Shown here: in pieces, positions 1-6,335 of the stretch
Position numbering within the stretch: position 1 is the stretch's first letter
Layout: every line of letters starts with the position of its first letter
IMG/VR virus record: IMGVR_UViG_2698536552_000010
From: a virus
Taxonomy: Duplodnaviria > Heunggongvirae > Uroviricota > Caudoviricetes
Reading direction: 5' to 3' (one strand)
DNA: 6,365 bases
Notes under the pieces: model-generated
Databases searched by the model: none
What the model was told of the DNA's origin: nothing
Seen by the model: only the letters and a program-made list of their open reading frames with translations
Translations under genes and position numbers: made by a program

Positions 1-88
1 TGCATGGATAAACTACAAGACGAGATATAAACCACCCTGCATTTAAATAAACAATAAACAACATCAGAAAAATAATTCTGCTCTATGG

Positions 89-115
89 TTTACATTCAAA
101 AATATCATTTATACT
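89..115 (+). promoter_or_regulatory. Candidate sigma70 promoter for the 156-491 ORF (-35 TTTACA 89-94, -10 TATACT 110-115, 15-nt spacer)
   Basis: Hexamer matches read directly; spacer is short and AT-rich DNA gives many chance matches. Confidence 0.25.
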
Positions 116-155
116 TTTCAGAACATCACCAGCAAGGCATAAACAAGGAAACTAA

Positions 156-491
156 ATGAAGTGGATTGTGATTGATACAGTTATCCAGCCATCATGCGGA
201 ATATCTTTTTCAGTCATATGGAGTAAAATAAAATTAATAATCTGGTATCAATCGGATGCTTTCTTACCTCCTGAAAGTATATTTACACTGACTCACACAG
301 GCATCATGCTCAATAACAAAGTGCTACCTGTAACCATTTACAACGTAGTACCATTCAATAAAACATTCTGGAATTCAATCAAAAATAGCCAGGAATGCCC
401 TACAAATACAGATAACGTATTGAATGAATGCTTTAATAACCGTTGCACTCTGCAAATATGTCCTTATGGACTAAAACAACAAAGTCCATAA
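156..491 (+). CDS. Hypothetical protein, 111 aa, 6 Cys, in AT-rich DNA; convergent to the prophage late genes
   Basis: ATG at 156 preceded by SD AAGGA (145-149) at 6-nt spacing; 111-codon open frame in roughly 35% GC DNA (hand count), where chance ORFs of this length are uncommon; no family recognised. Confidence 0.45.
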   Translation: MKWIVIDTVIQPSCGISFSVIWSKIKLIIWYQSDAFLPPESIFTLTHTGIMLNNKVLPVTIYNVVPFNKTFWNSIKNSQECPTNTDNVLNECFNNRCTLQICPYGLKQQSP

Positions 492-494
492 GGA
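461..494. repeat. Perfect 12-bp inverted repeat (TCCTTATGGACT / AGTCCATAAGGA) with 10-nt loop, spanning the stop codon of the 156-491 ORF
   Basis: Read directly: 461-472 is the reverse complement of 483-494; stop TAA at 489-491. Confidence 0.8.
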
Positions 495-504
495 GTTTAC
501 TCAC

Positions 505-547
505 ATCTGACAAAATCAATATAAACAGCCCCTCCGGAGAGGGGCTG
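505..547 (-). terminator. Rho-independent terminator for minus-strand transcription (GC stem 526-534/539-547, loop CGGA, U-tract on minus strand)
   Basis: Perfect 9-bp GC-rich stem CAGCCCCTC/GAGGGGCTG; minus strand downstream reads TTTATATTGATTTTG. Confidence 0.5.
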
Positions 548-938
548 GAGAGTGGCGCTATGTGCCATTGCATGGTGCCGGGTGCCTCCCGGTGAATTCA
601 GTACCAGCACCTGAATCCGCGATTATCCCATATACCTACTCGCTGATTGCCCCTCCGCACAGGGGGATTCACCATGCCAGTTTCTTTTAACAAACTCCCC
701 GCAAACCAGACAACAGTCAACCGCCTGAATTGTGAAGTATTTAAAAATTTCTCCCGCTAACTGATACCCGGCTAACAGTCTGGCGTTTTCTTTTTCAGCA
801 ACGGGAAAGCAACAACCACCACACCCGCCACCAGCACACCGTCAGCCAGCACTGACATTATCCGGCTGCTGCAATGCCATTCACAAAAACAGTAAGCAAT
901 CACTTTTTACCGTAACAGGTGATAATCCAGATATGTAT

Positions 939-1292
939 CTACCCCAGATGAGTAATCCGAAGTTCATCCATACCACAGGTCCTGGCTATTCTGTTGTACT
1001 CCTGAACAAGAGCAAATAATTCTGAATTAGCAACCATGAACTCATCGCAAACCCTCTGTATAGCATCACTATTCAGAATAATAACGTCTCTTCCCGAAAG
1101 ACGATCAGGAGTACAGAACAAAACTGTCAAACGGCTGAAGGCCTTTGCTCGTGCTGCATTGACTATATCAATACGCTGCCTAAGGATGAAACACCCCGAC
1201 GCCTCATCAATATTCACTCTACCCACACCATATGAATGATAAATATTTAATGCTGAAAAAACCATTAGACCGTATAACAAACACTCAATCAA
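939..1292 (-). CDS. Hypothetical cargo protein (117 codons from TTG at 1292; 108 aa from first ATG at 1265) in the stx-equivalent slot downstream of Q and the tRNA
   Basis: Protein-like composition; 6 of 11 Arg codons are AGA/AGG, the codons read by the adjacent tRNA-Arg(UCU); no clear SD, start uncertain; family not recognised. Confidence 0.5.
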   Translation of the reverse strand: MIECLLYGLMVFSALNIYHSYGVGRVNIDEASGCFILRQRIDIVNAARAKAFSRLTVLFCTPDRLSGRDVIILNSDAIQRVCDEFMVANSELFALVQEYNRIARTCGMDELRITHLG

Positions 1293-1402
1293 TACTTAAC
1301 AGAACTTTTATTTTTGACAAACATAAAATATTTTCAACAATATCCTGAGCCAGGTATATTTCAGTATAAGGCTCTGCCGGAAGGAATCTGGAAGAATGAA
1401 TA

Positions 1403-1479
1403 TGGCGCGCTGTACTGGATTCGAACCAGTGACCGATTGCTTAGAAGGCAATTGCTCTGTCCGGCTGAGCTAACAACGC
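1403..1479 (-). tRNA. tRNA-Arg (anticodon UCU), 77 nt with encoded CCA
   Basis: Minus strand folds as a cloverleaf: acceptor GCGTTGT/ACAGCGC, D stem GCTC/GAGC, anticodon stem ATTGC/GCAAT with loop CTTCTAA, T arm ACTGG-TTCGAAT-CCAGT, discriminator G, CCA. Phage-borne tRNA-Arg downstream of Q is known from Stx-type lambdoid phages. Confidence 0.9.
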
Positions 1480-1519
1480 TGAATACCGATAATGGACCGC
1501 CATCGGGGACCCGCCCCCN

Positions 1520-1768
1520 NNNNNNNNNNNNNNNNNNNNNNNNNNNNNNNNNNNNNNNNNNNNNNNNNNNNNNNNNNNNNNNNNNNNNNNNNNNNNNNNN
1601 NNNNNNNNNNNNNNNNNNNNNNNNNNNNNNNNNNNNNNNNNNNNNNNNNNNNNNNNNNNNNNNNNNNNNNNNNNNNNNNNNNNNNNNNNNNNNNNNNNNN
1701 NNNNNNNNNNNNNNNNNNNNNNNNNNNNNNNNNNNNNNNNNNNNNNNNNNNNNNNNNNNNNNNNNNNN
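1520..1768. other. Run of 249 N (gap or masked sequence); position and size would fit one to three further phage tRNA genes
   Basis: N run read directly; the tRNA suggestion is inference from the ileZ-argN-argO arrangement in Stx phages. Confidence 0.9.
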
Positions 1769-1900
1769 TGCTGTTTTAGCATGTCTTTTCCTTTTCCGGT
1801 TAACGTGACACACCAATAACTCTTGTCGAAAAAGCCAGCAAGCTGAAAGACAGGTATTCACCGCCACCAGCGCGTTTACTGTACTGACGCGATTTCAGTC

Positions 1901-1926
1901 ATAAAAAACCCGCTCGGCGGCGGGTT
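1901..1926 (-). terminator. Rho-independent terminator on minus strand, candidate tR' (Q-dependent readthrough site)
   Basis: Minus strand reads AACCCGC-CGCCGA-GCGGGTT followed by TTTTTTAT, about 40-65 nt downstream of the candidate PR' -10. Confidence 0.55.
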
Positions 1927-1973
1927 GTAGAAACTCTTCTAACGTCAGGCATAAAACGCCCATCGTTATAACG

Positions 1974-2001
1974 AATTTACCACAGATTCCGGAAAAATCA
2001 A
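1974..2001 (-). promoter_or_regulatory. Candidate late promoter PR' (minus strand -35 TTGATT 2001-1996, 16-nt spacer, -10 TAAATT 1979-1974) just downstream of the Q stop
   Basis: Hexamers read directly; position matches the lambdoid Q-PR'-tR' arrangement. Confidence 0.4.
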
Positions 2002-2026
2002 CCTTGTTACCTAGTTACCTTTTTTA
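1991..2026. repeat. Left copy of a direct repeat flanking the second N run (shares cggaaaaatcaacc + tagttacctttttta with 2295-2323, plus an extra 8 bp)
   Basis: Read directly; the extra 8 bp (TAACAAGG on the minus strand) creates the TAA stop after ...KKVTR. Confidence 0.85.
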
Positions 2027-3125
2027 NNNNNNNNNNNNNNNNNNNNNNNNNNNNNNNNNNNNNNNNNNNNNNNNNNNNNNNNNNNNNNNNNNNNNNNNNN
2101 NNNNNNNNNNNNNNNNNNNNNNNNNNNNNNNNNNNNNNNNNNNNNNNNNNNNNNNNNNNNNNNNNNNNNNNNNNNNNNNNNNNNNNNNNNNNNNNNNNNN
2201 NNNNNNNNNNNNNNNNNNNNNNNNNNNNNNNNNNNNNNNNNNNNNNNNNNNNNNNNNNNNNNNNNNNNNNNNNNNNNNNNNNNNNNNNNNNNNNCGGAAA
2301 AATCAACCTAGTTACCTTTTTTAACTGCCGCTCAGCCCATGCTTCTTCAATATCAAACCGAGTCACCAGCGCATCATAGAATTTCTTAACTGTTTTTTCC
2401 CATGACGCGCGTGTTATCTGGTTTGTCACCTCGCATATAGCATTAAATGCCTCCGTTGATGGTAGTCTTTCATAGCCACGACCACCACAACGCTGGCAGT
2501 CTCTGATAACAGGCATACCACGTTTTACCGACTCTTCACGATGAATGGCGACACCACGCCCACGGCAATCCTTACAGGCGGTGGAAACCTCACCCTTTCC
2601 GCCACACTCCGGACAGGCAACTTTTACCACCTCCCTGACTTTTTTCCATTCTTCCCAGTAAGACGGATACACACCTTTCGTACACTTTGCCCATACCGGC
2701 GGCTTACCATCCGGATACTGGATCTTGTTTGTAAAAACCTCGCTTTCAATAAATTTTTTTCCGTGACAGCAGGGGCACTGTTTTTTGCTCGCCGCGCTAC
2801 GGGCATAATCTTCAAACGCATACGAAGCCATAATACGCATCACTGCCGGTTTTATTTCTGCCGGGAGTTTTCTTAACGCCGCCACGCGATCACACCGACT
2901 GAGTGCATATTCTGTCAGCAATTCTGTTGCCCGCTCTCTGTCATTCATACTAATGCCCATTTTCCCAAGGAACGCAGAAACCCCCATCTCAGCCCGATTC
3001 TGTGTCATGCCCTGCGCGGCCATCACATCAGTGATACTCAGCGCATCTTTCGACGTTGAGGCCGATGCATCAGTCAGGCCGGGGGATTTTGGGGAGTAGT
3101 ATTTCGGTAAATCTTCCAGTTTCAT
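2007..3125 (-). CDS. quuQ: Late antiterminator Q (Qin quuQ-like), with four DnaJ-like Cys-rich repeats; 3' end crosses the N run, about 273 aa if it ends at ...KKVTR
   Basis: Position directly downstream of rusA with ATGA start/stop overlap and upstream of PR'/tR'; motifs CPCCHG, CPECGGKG, CKDCRGRG, CQRCGGRG; N-terminus MKLEDLPKYYSPKSP resembles Qin QuuQ as I recall it. Only 2295-3125 is directly read. Confidence 0.8.
   Translation of the reverse strand: MKLEDLPKYYSPKSPGLTDASASTSKDALSITDVMAAQGMTQNRAEMGVSAFLGKMGISMNDRERATELLTEYALSRCDRVAALRKLPAEIKPAVMRIMASYAFEDYARSAASKKQCPCCHGKKFIESEVFTNKIQYPDGKPPVWAKCTKGVYPSYWEEWKKVREVVKVACPECGGKGEVSTACKDCRGRGVAIHREESVKRGMPVIRDCQRCGGRGYERLPSTEAFNAICEVTNQITRASWEKTVKKFYDALVTRFDIEEAWAERQLKKVTRLIFPXXXXXXXXXXXXXXXXXXXXXXXXXXXXXXXXXXXXXXXXXXXXXXXXXXXXXXXXXXXXXXXXXXXXXXXXXXXXXXXXXXXXXXXXXXKKVTR
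2027..2294. other. Run of 268 N (gap or masked sequence) inside or at the 3' end of the Q gene
   Basis: N run read directly; the two flanking repeat copies are offset by 297 bp, keeping the Q frame. Confidence 0.9.
2295..2323. repeat. Right copy of the direct repeat flanking the second N run
   Basis: cggaaaaatcaacctagttacctttttta matches 1991-2026 except for the 8-bp indel. Confidence 0.85.
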
Positions 3126-3502
3126 TTTTTGACCTGCCCTTCAAGCATTATGGGATAAATCTTCACCCCCAGACGTCCACCAGATACTGGCTGAGCACGA
3201 ACGATATTGATTTCATCAAACTGCTCATCGTCCATTAGCAACCCCGCATGCGTCAGCGCATCCAGCGGCGCTTTCAGAATATTGTCCAGGTCACGGCGGC
3301 GCTTATCCGGTGGTTCTGCAATAATTTTTATTGCCAACCTTCCGGACAGGCTTAATTTCAGCCGCTGCTGGCGAACAATAAGCGCCACTGCCCGGCGATA
3401 ACGCTCCCCGGCTTTTGATACAAAATATGTGCTGCCACGACGACGCCAGTAAGTGTTCACCGTCGGCGGGTAAGGTAAAACAAATTCTATGCGCTCGGTC
3501 AT
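3122..3502 (-). CDS. rusA: Crossover junction endodeoxyribonuclease RusA (Holliday junction resolvase), 126 aa
   Basis: Contains the RusA signature PPDKRRRDLDNILKAPLDAL and N-terminal LPYPPTVNTYW; ATG immediately follows the upstream TAA (TAAATG) and its stop overlaps the Q start (ATGA). Confidence 0.9.
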   Translation of the reverse strand: MTERIEFVLPYPPTVNTYWRRRGSTYFVSKAGERYRRAVALIVRQQRLKLSLSGRLAIKIIAEPPDKRRRDLDNILKAPLDALTHAGLLMDDEQFDEINIVRAQPVSGGRLGVKIYPIMLEGQVKK

Positions 3503-4561
3503 TTATGCTTTCCACTTCAGAACACCCGAATTTCTCGCGTGCATTAAAAAACGAATCAGCAACAACAGCTGACTGCCGTGTTTCTCTTCAAAATCTTTTA
3601 CTCCGGCATGTAGTTCGTTACGGCATTTACGGCATAACGGAATAACAAACAAATCATCAGCCTTTGTTCCCATCCCTCCCAGTCCATGACCAATGATGTG
3701 ATGCGGATCATCTGCCTGATTGCCACACGTCATGCATTTCTGCGTTTTTACCCAGCGCGTGTATACAGGCATCTCTTCCCGTTGTGATTTCTGGCGCTGG
3801 AGATACTGAGCCGGTGACTCCGGATCAACGGCAATGCTGACCACCGTCTTTTCCTGTGGTGGGTTCTGTTGCTGGTGGACGTGAGGCAGTAACGCAATAT
3901 TTTTTGTGCGCTGCTTCAGTATGCTGGTGGCTGTCTGCTCTCCCGGTATGATGTCGCTTTCACTGTACACAGAGCGAATTTTTTCCGCACGCAACCCCAG
4001 CGAACGACGTAATACCGCTTCCGGTAGCGCGTCCGCCACCTGATTGCGGACCGCCCACCAGGATAATTCAGCCAGAGATAATTCACGCTCCTGCGTACCG
4101 CTTATTGCGTGACCGATGACGTCAATCATCCATGCTGACAGGTTTTGATGAGCAAGTTGCTCGAGTGATTCGGATGTCTGGTCACGCAGCTGGTTGTCGC
4201 AGTGCCAGCACAACACCATTGCGCCGGTACCATAACGGTGAATGACGGTTTCGCTGTGATGATAATCGCCGTGTGGCCACTGGCAGGATTTAATATGGCG
4301 CAACAGCCAGTCAGACAATGCACCAGCACCACCAGCAGCACGAATCACCCGTGCGTTACTGAAAAACGGCAGCAATGTTTTGTCTTCCACCAGCGGCTGG
4401 CGAGCGGCAGGAACGACCCCGGACGGCAGATTACGCATGCTTTTTGGTTCCGGCTCCACCAGTATTCTGCCGTTATGGAATGCTGACATTGATTCACGGC
4501 CTGGCTTAACGATAACCAGACCGAGTTCCGGTACCAGAACAGGTCGAAGTAATACCCGCAC
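3503..4561 (-). CDS. ydfU: DUF968-family prophage protein (ydfU-like), 352 aa, GTG start, C-terminal HNH-like Cys/His motif
   Basis: Long minus-strand ORF with GGAGG 4 nt upstream of GTG at 4561; C-terminal CMTCG...PHHI...CRKCRNELH; sits between rem-like and rusA as in Qin. Confidence 0.8.
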   Translation of the reverse strand: MRVLLRPVLVPELGLVIVKPGRESMSAFHNGRILVEPEPKSMRNLPSGVVPAARQPLVEDKTLLPFFSNARVIRAAGGAGALSDWLLRHIKSCQWPHGDYHHSETVIHRYGTGAMVLCWHCDNQLRDQTSESLEQLAHQNLSAWMIDVIGHAISGTQERELSLAELSWWAVRNQVADALPEAVLRRSLGLRAEKIRSVYSESDIIPGEQTATSILKQRTKNIALLPHVHQQQNPPQEKTVVSIAVDPESPAQYLQRQKSQREEMPVYTRWVKTQKCMTCGNQADDPHHIIGHGLGGMGTKADDLFVIPLCRKCRNELHAGVKDFEEKHGSQLLLLIRFLMHARNSGVLKWKA

Positions 4562-4636
4562 ATTACCTCCAGATCCGTTGCTGGAATGTGCGGGACGGAC
4601 GCGTTGGCCGTTCGGAGTAAGGGAGCCTGACGGAGA

Positions 4637-4918
4637 TTATCCAGTGACGGTAGTCGAGGCTAAGGGCTTTTTTAACCTCGCATCCGCGCCTGCGGTAACA
4701 CTGAATGAGCCATTCGGCCTGTTCTTCAGTGCATGGGGGATGCTGGTACCAATCAGATTTAAATGCGTGAGAGCGCCGCCCGTGCCTGCTGGCAAAGACG
4801 GCTGAATTATCAGAATTGTGTAGTCTGGAAGGCAGTGGCTGACAATAGCGCCATTCTCAACGCGCACAGTATAGAGGCCATCTTCACTAAAAATTTCACG
4901 TAATTCTTCGATTTTCAT
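4637..4918 (-). CDS. rem: rem-like small prophage protein, 93 aa from ATG at 4918
   Basis: SD GGAAGGA 8 nt upstream of ATG; lies between hokD and ydfU as rem does in Qin; protein identity is from context, not recalled sequence. Confidence 0.45.
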   Translation of the reverse strand: MKIEELREIFSEDGLYTVRVENGAIVSHCLPDYTILIIQPSLPAGTGGALTHLNLIGTSIPHALKNRPNGSFSVTAGADARLKKPLASTTVTG

Positions 4919-5000
4919 CAACAGAATCCTTCCAGATAAATAGCACTCCCCTGTTCGGGGTCCATCCCTCTTCTCCCTGCGCGCTACTTAAGTATTTTTG

Positions 5001-5030
5001 ATTCTATTCCGGCACCATCTAAAACTTCAA
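5001..5030 (-). promoter_or_regulatory. Candidate sigma70 promoter for the rem-ydfU-rusA-Q transcript (-35 TTGAAG 5030-5025, 18-nt spacer, -10 TAGAAT 5006-5001)
   Basis: Hexamers read directly; located between the hokD terminator and the rem-like start. Confidence 0.3.
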
Positions 5031-5035
5031 ACGCG

Positions 5036-5070
5036 TTGAAAATAAAAACAAAAACCCGCCGAAGCGGGTT
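5036..5070 (-). terminator. Rho-independent terminator downstream of hokD
   Basis: Minus strand reads AACCCGC-TTCG-GCGGGTT followed by TTTGTTTTTATTTTC. Confidence 0.65.
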
Positions 5071-5138
5071 AAGTGTGGGTGCATTGAGGATGCCTGCCCC
5101 ATCAGAGGTGGCGAGGGATTTCTCCCCCGCCTGGTCTC

Positions 5139-5294
5139 TTACTCCTCAGGTTCGTAAGCTGTGAAGACAGCGACCTCCGTCTGGCCGGTTCGAATTCGTA
5201 CCTCGCAGAGGTCTTTCCTCGTTACCAGTGCCGTCACTATGACGGTTAAACAGATGACGATCAGGGCGATTAACATCGCCTTTTGCTGCTTCAT
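5139..5294 (-). CDS. hokD: Hok-family type I toxin HokD (RelF), 51 aa
   Basis: Translation MKQQKAMLIALIVICLTVIVTALVTRKDLCEVRIRTGQTEVAVFTAYEPEE matches the HokD sequence as I recall it; SD AAGGAG 9 nt upstream of the internal ATG at 5294. Confidence 0.9.
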   Translation of the reverse strand: MKQQKAMLIALIVICLTVIVTALVTRKDLCEVRIRTGQTEVAVFTAYEPEE

Positions 5295-5505
5295 AGCCTG
5301 CTTCTCCTTGCCTTTCGGCACGTAAGAGGCTAACCTAGATTTGCCGTTCATAGATTGAGCCTCAGATTAATGTTAAGCGTCTTGCCGGACGCGTAATGTT
5401 AACTGGGGCTTTTCTCTATCTGCCTTTTGGTGTTCATGCCTGAGACAGATAGCCTCAAGCACCCGCTGCAATTCTACTTAACTCTCCTTTTCCCGCAAAC
5501 CGTTT

Positions 5506-5589
5506 TTATCCCCAGCGGCAAATCGAATACACCACCAGCGCCACCGCCATCGCAATTCCTACCGTTGTTAATGCTTCAGGCCAGGTCAT
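5506..5589 (-). CDS. Candidate 27-aa hydrophobic peptide ([27 protein letters not shown]), start overlapping the upstream stop (ATGA)
   Basis: Found by hand translation; single predicted transmembrane-like segment; below the ORF track length cut-off; no dedicated SD. Confidence 0.3.
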   Translation of the reverse strand: MTWPEALTTVGIAMAVALVVYSICRWG

Positions 5590-5930
5590 CGTAAAATATC
5601 CTCCACGCTTATCAGTCCGTTCCGCTCCAGATAACTCATCGCCTTATCCGGTAATTTGCAGTCTGGCTTCGCTTTCCTCAGTTGCCAGGTTAACTGCTTT
5701 ACCAGCATGGTTAACTCATCGACCAGACGCTGATATCCCACTGGTTTGTATTCATGCAATTTACCGGCTGGCTCTGCTGCCAGCGATACCAGTGCGATTT
5801 CCAGAACAGCAATATCCATCTTATATGTGCGGATGATGTCATGGTCGATTGTGCCCGGTATGCACAGTCTCTGTGCTTCAATAGTCTCCTCTGCGTGAGC
5901 TATTAACTGCTCTCTGGTAAAAGTCGTCAT
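5586..5930 (-). CDS. Hypothetical protein, 114 aa, paralogous at its N-terminus to the 55-aa ORF upstream
   Basis: ATG at 5930 overlaps the upstream stop (ATGA); shares MTT(I/F)T(K/R)E and IAL(A/V)SL(E/A)AEP motifs with 5927-6094; family not recognised. Confidence 0.6.
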   Translation of the reverse strand: MTTFTREQLIAHAEETIEAQRLCIPGTIDHDIIRTYKMDIAVLEIALVSLAAEPAGKLHEYKPVGYQRLVDELTMLVKQLTWQLRKAKPDCKLPDKAMSYLERNGLISVEDILR

Positions 5931-6094
5931 GCCGTAGCCCCTTCTTGATATTTTTCAAACCAGAACACAACCGGCTCTGCTTCCAGCGATGCCAGCGCAA
6001 TCCGTGCCAGTTCCATTTGTTCACCACGGGTAAGCCCGTTTTCAAGCGGGTTTTTAATGAACAATTCAATACGTTCTTTGGTAATAGTGGTCAT
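5927..6094 (-). CDS. Hypothetical protein, 55 aa ([55 protein letters not shown])
   Basis: Found by hand translation; SD GGAG (TAAGGAGtaacacATG) 8 nt upstream of ATG at 6094, immediately after the upstream TAA. Confidence 0.55.
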   Translation of the reverse strand: MTTITKERIELFIKNPLENGLTRGEQMELARIALASLEAEPVVFWFEKYQEGATA

Positions 6095-6104
6095 GTGTTA
6101 CTCC

Positions 6105-6335
6105 TTAACCCGCAGTGCTTTCAACTGATGAGGGGAACAAAATCTTTTCATCAAACCCTGCATTCATATCATGAACAGCAACACACCAATCCATCGACGA
6201 ACGATTATCAAGAGCCTCCATGATTTCATCCATGCGGCGTAGGTCATACAGGTAAATGCTTTTATCGCCAATGGTGTAAAAGCCAATTTTTTTCGGTGAT
6301 GGATGAGGTGTACTGGCAATAGCGGACACTACCAT
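6105..6335 (-). CDS. Hypothetical protein, at least 76 aa; frame stays open to the window edge, so the gene may start beyond 6365
   Basis: Minus-strand ORF ending TAA at 6105; no stop in frame between 6336 and 6365 and no SD before ATG 6335. Confidence 0.45.
   Translation of the reverse strand: MVVSAIASTPHPSPKKIGFYTIGDKSIYLYDLRRMDEIMEALDNRSSMDWCVAVHDMNAGFDEKILFPSSVESTAG

Noticed and set aside
1036-1239. 67-aa plus-strand ORF inside the cargo gene
   Set aside because: It is antisense to the 939-1292 ORF, with no SD; treated as a shadow ORF.
939-1479. Shiga toxin genes downstream of Q and the tRNA
   Set aside because: The ORF in that slot is about 117 codons with no resemblance to StxA or StxB, and no B-subunit-sized partner follows.
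1991-2323. The direct repeats as target-site duplications of an inserted mobile element
   Set aside because: About 29 bp with an internal 8-bp indel is atypical for a target-site duplication; tandem duplication or an assembly artefact is more likely, and the hidden sequence prevents a decision.
1314-2324. ORF-track entries spanning the N runs (1314-1808+, 1361-1867-, 1441-1782-, 1492-1779+, 2004-2324+)
   Set aside because: They are open only because N translates to X; they consist mostly of undetermined sequence and overlap the tRNA and terminator.
4345-4563. 72-aa minus-strand ORF starting at ATG 4563 (MCGYYFDLFW...)
   Set aside because: It is an alternative frame overlapping the 5' end of the DUF968 gene; the ATG is only 2 nt from the SD and the product is low-complexity.
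2541-4805. Plus-strand ORFs antisense to Q, rusA and DUF968 (2541-2876, 3056-3238, 3207-3401, 3415-3645, 4202-4486, 4380-4805) and minus-strand out-of-frame ORFs (2624-2821, 3303-3515, 4126-4341)
   Set aside because: They are shadow ORFs within well-supported genes, with no SD and skewed composition.
5139-5351. 70-aa version of the hok ORF starting at 5351
   Set aside because: HokD is 51 aa; the internal ATG at 5294 has a strong SD (AAGGAG) and the upstream extension is probably untranslated leader.
5295-6094. relB/relE upstream of hokD as in K-12
   Set aside because: The translated products do not resemble RelB or RelE as I recall them.
5878-6223. ORF-track entries 5878-6069 (-) and 5945-6223 (+)
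   Set aside because: They overlap the better-supported coupled 55-aa and 114-aa genes in other frames; the plus-strand product is rich in F/Q/C/H and lacks an SD.
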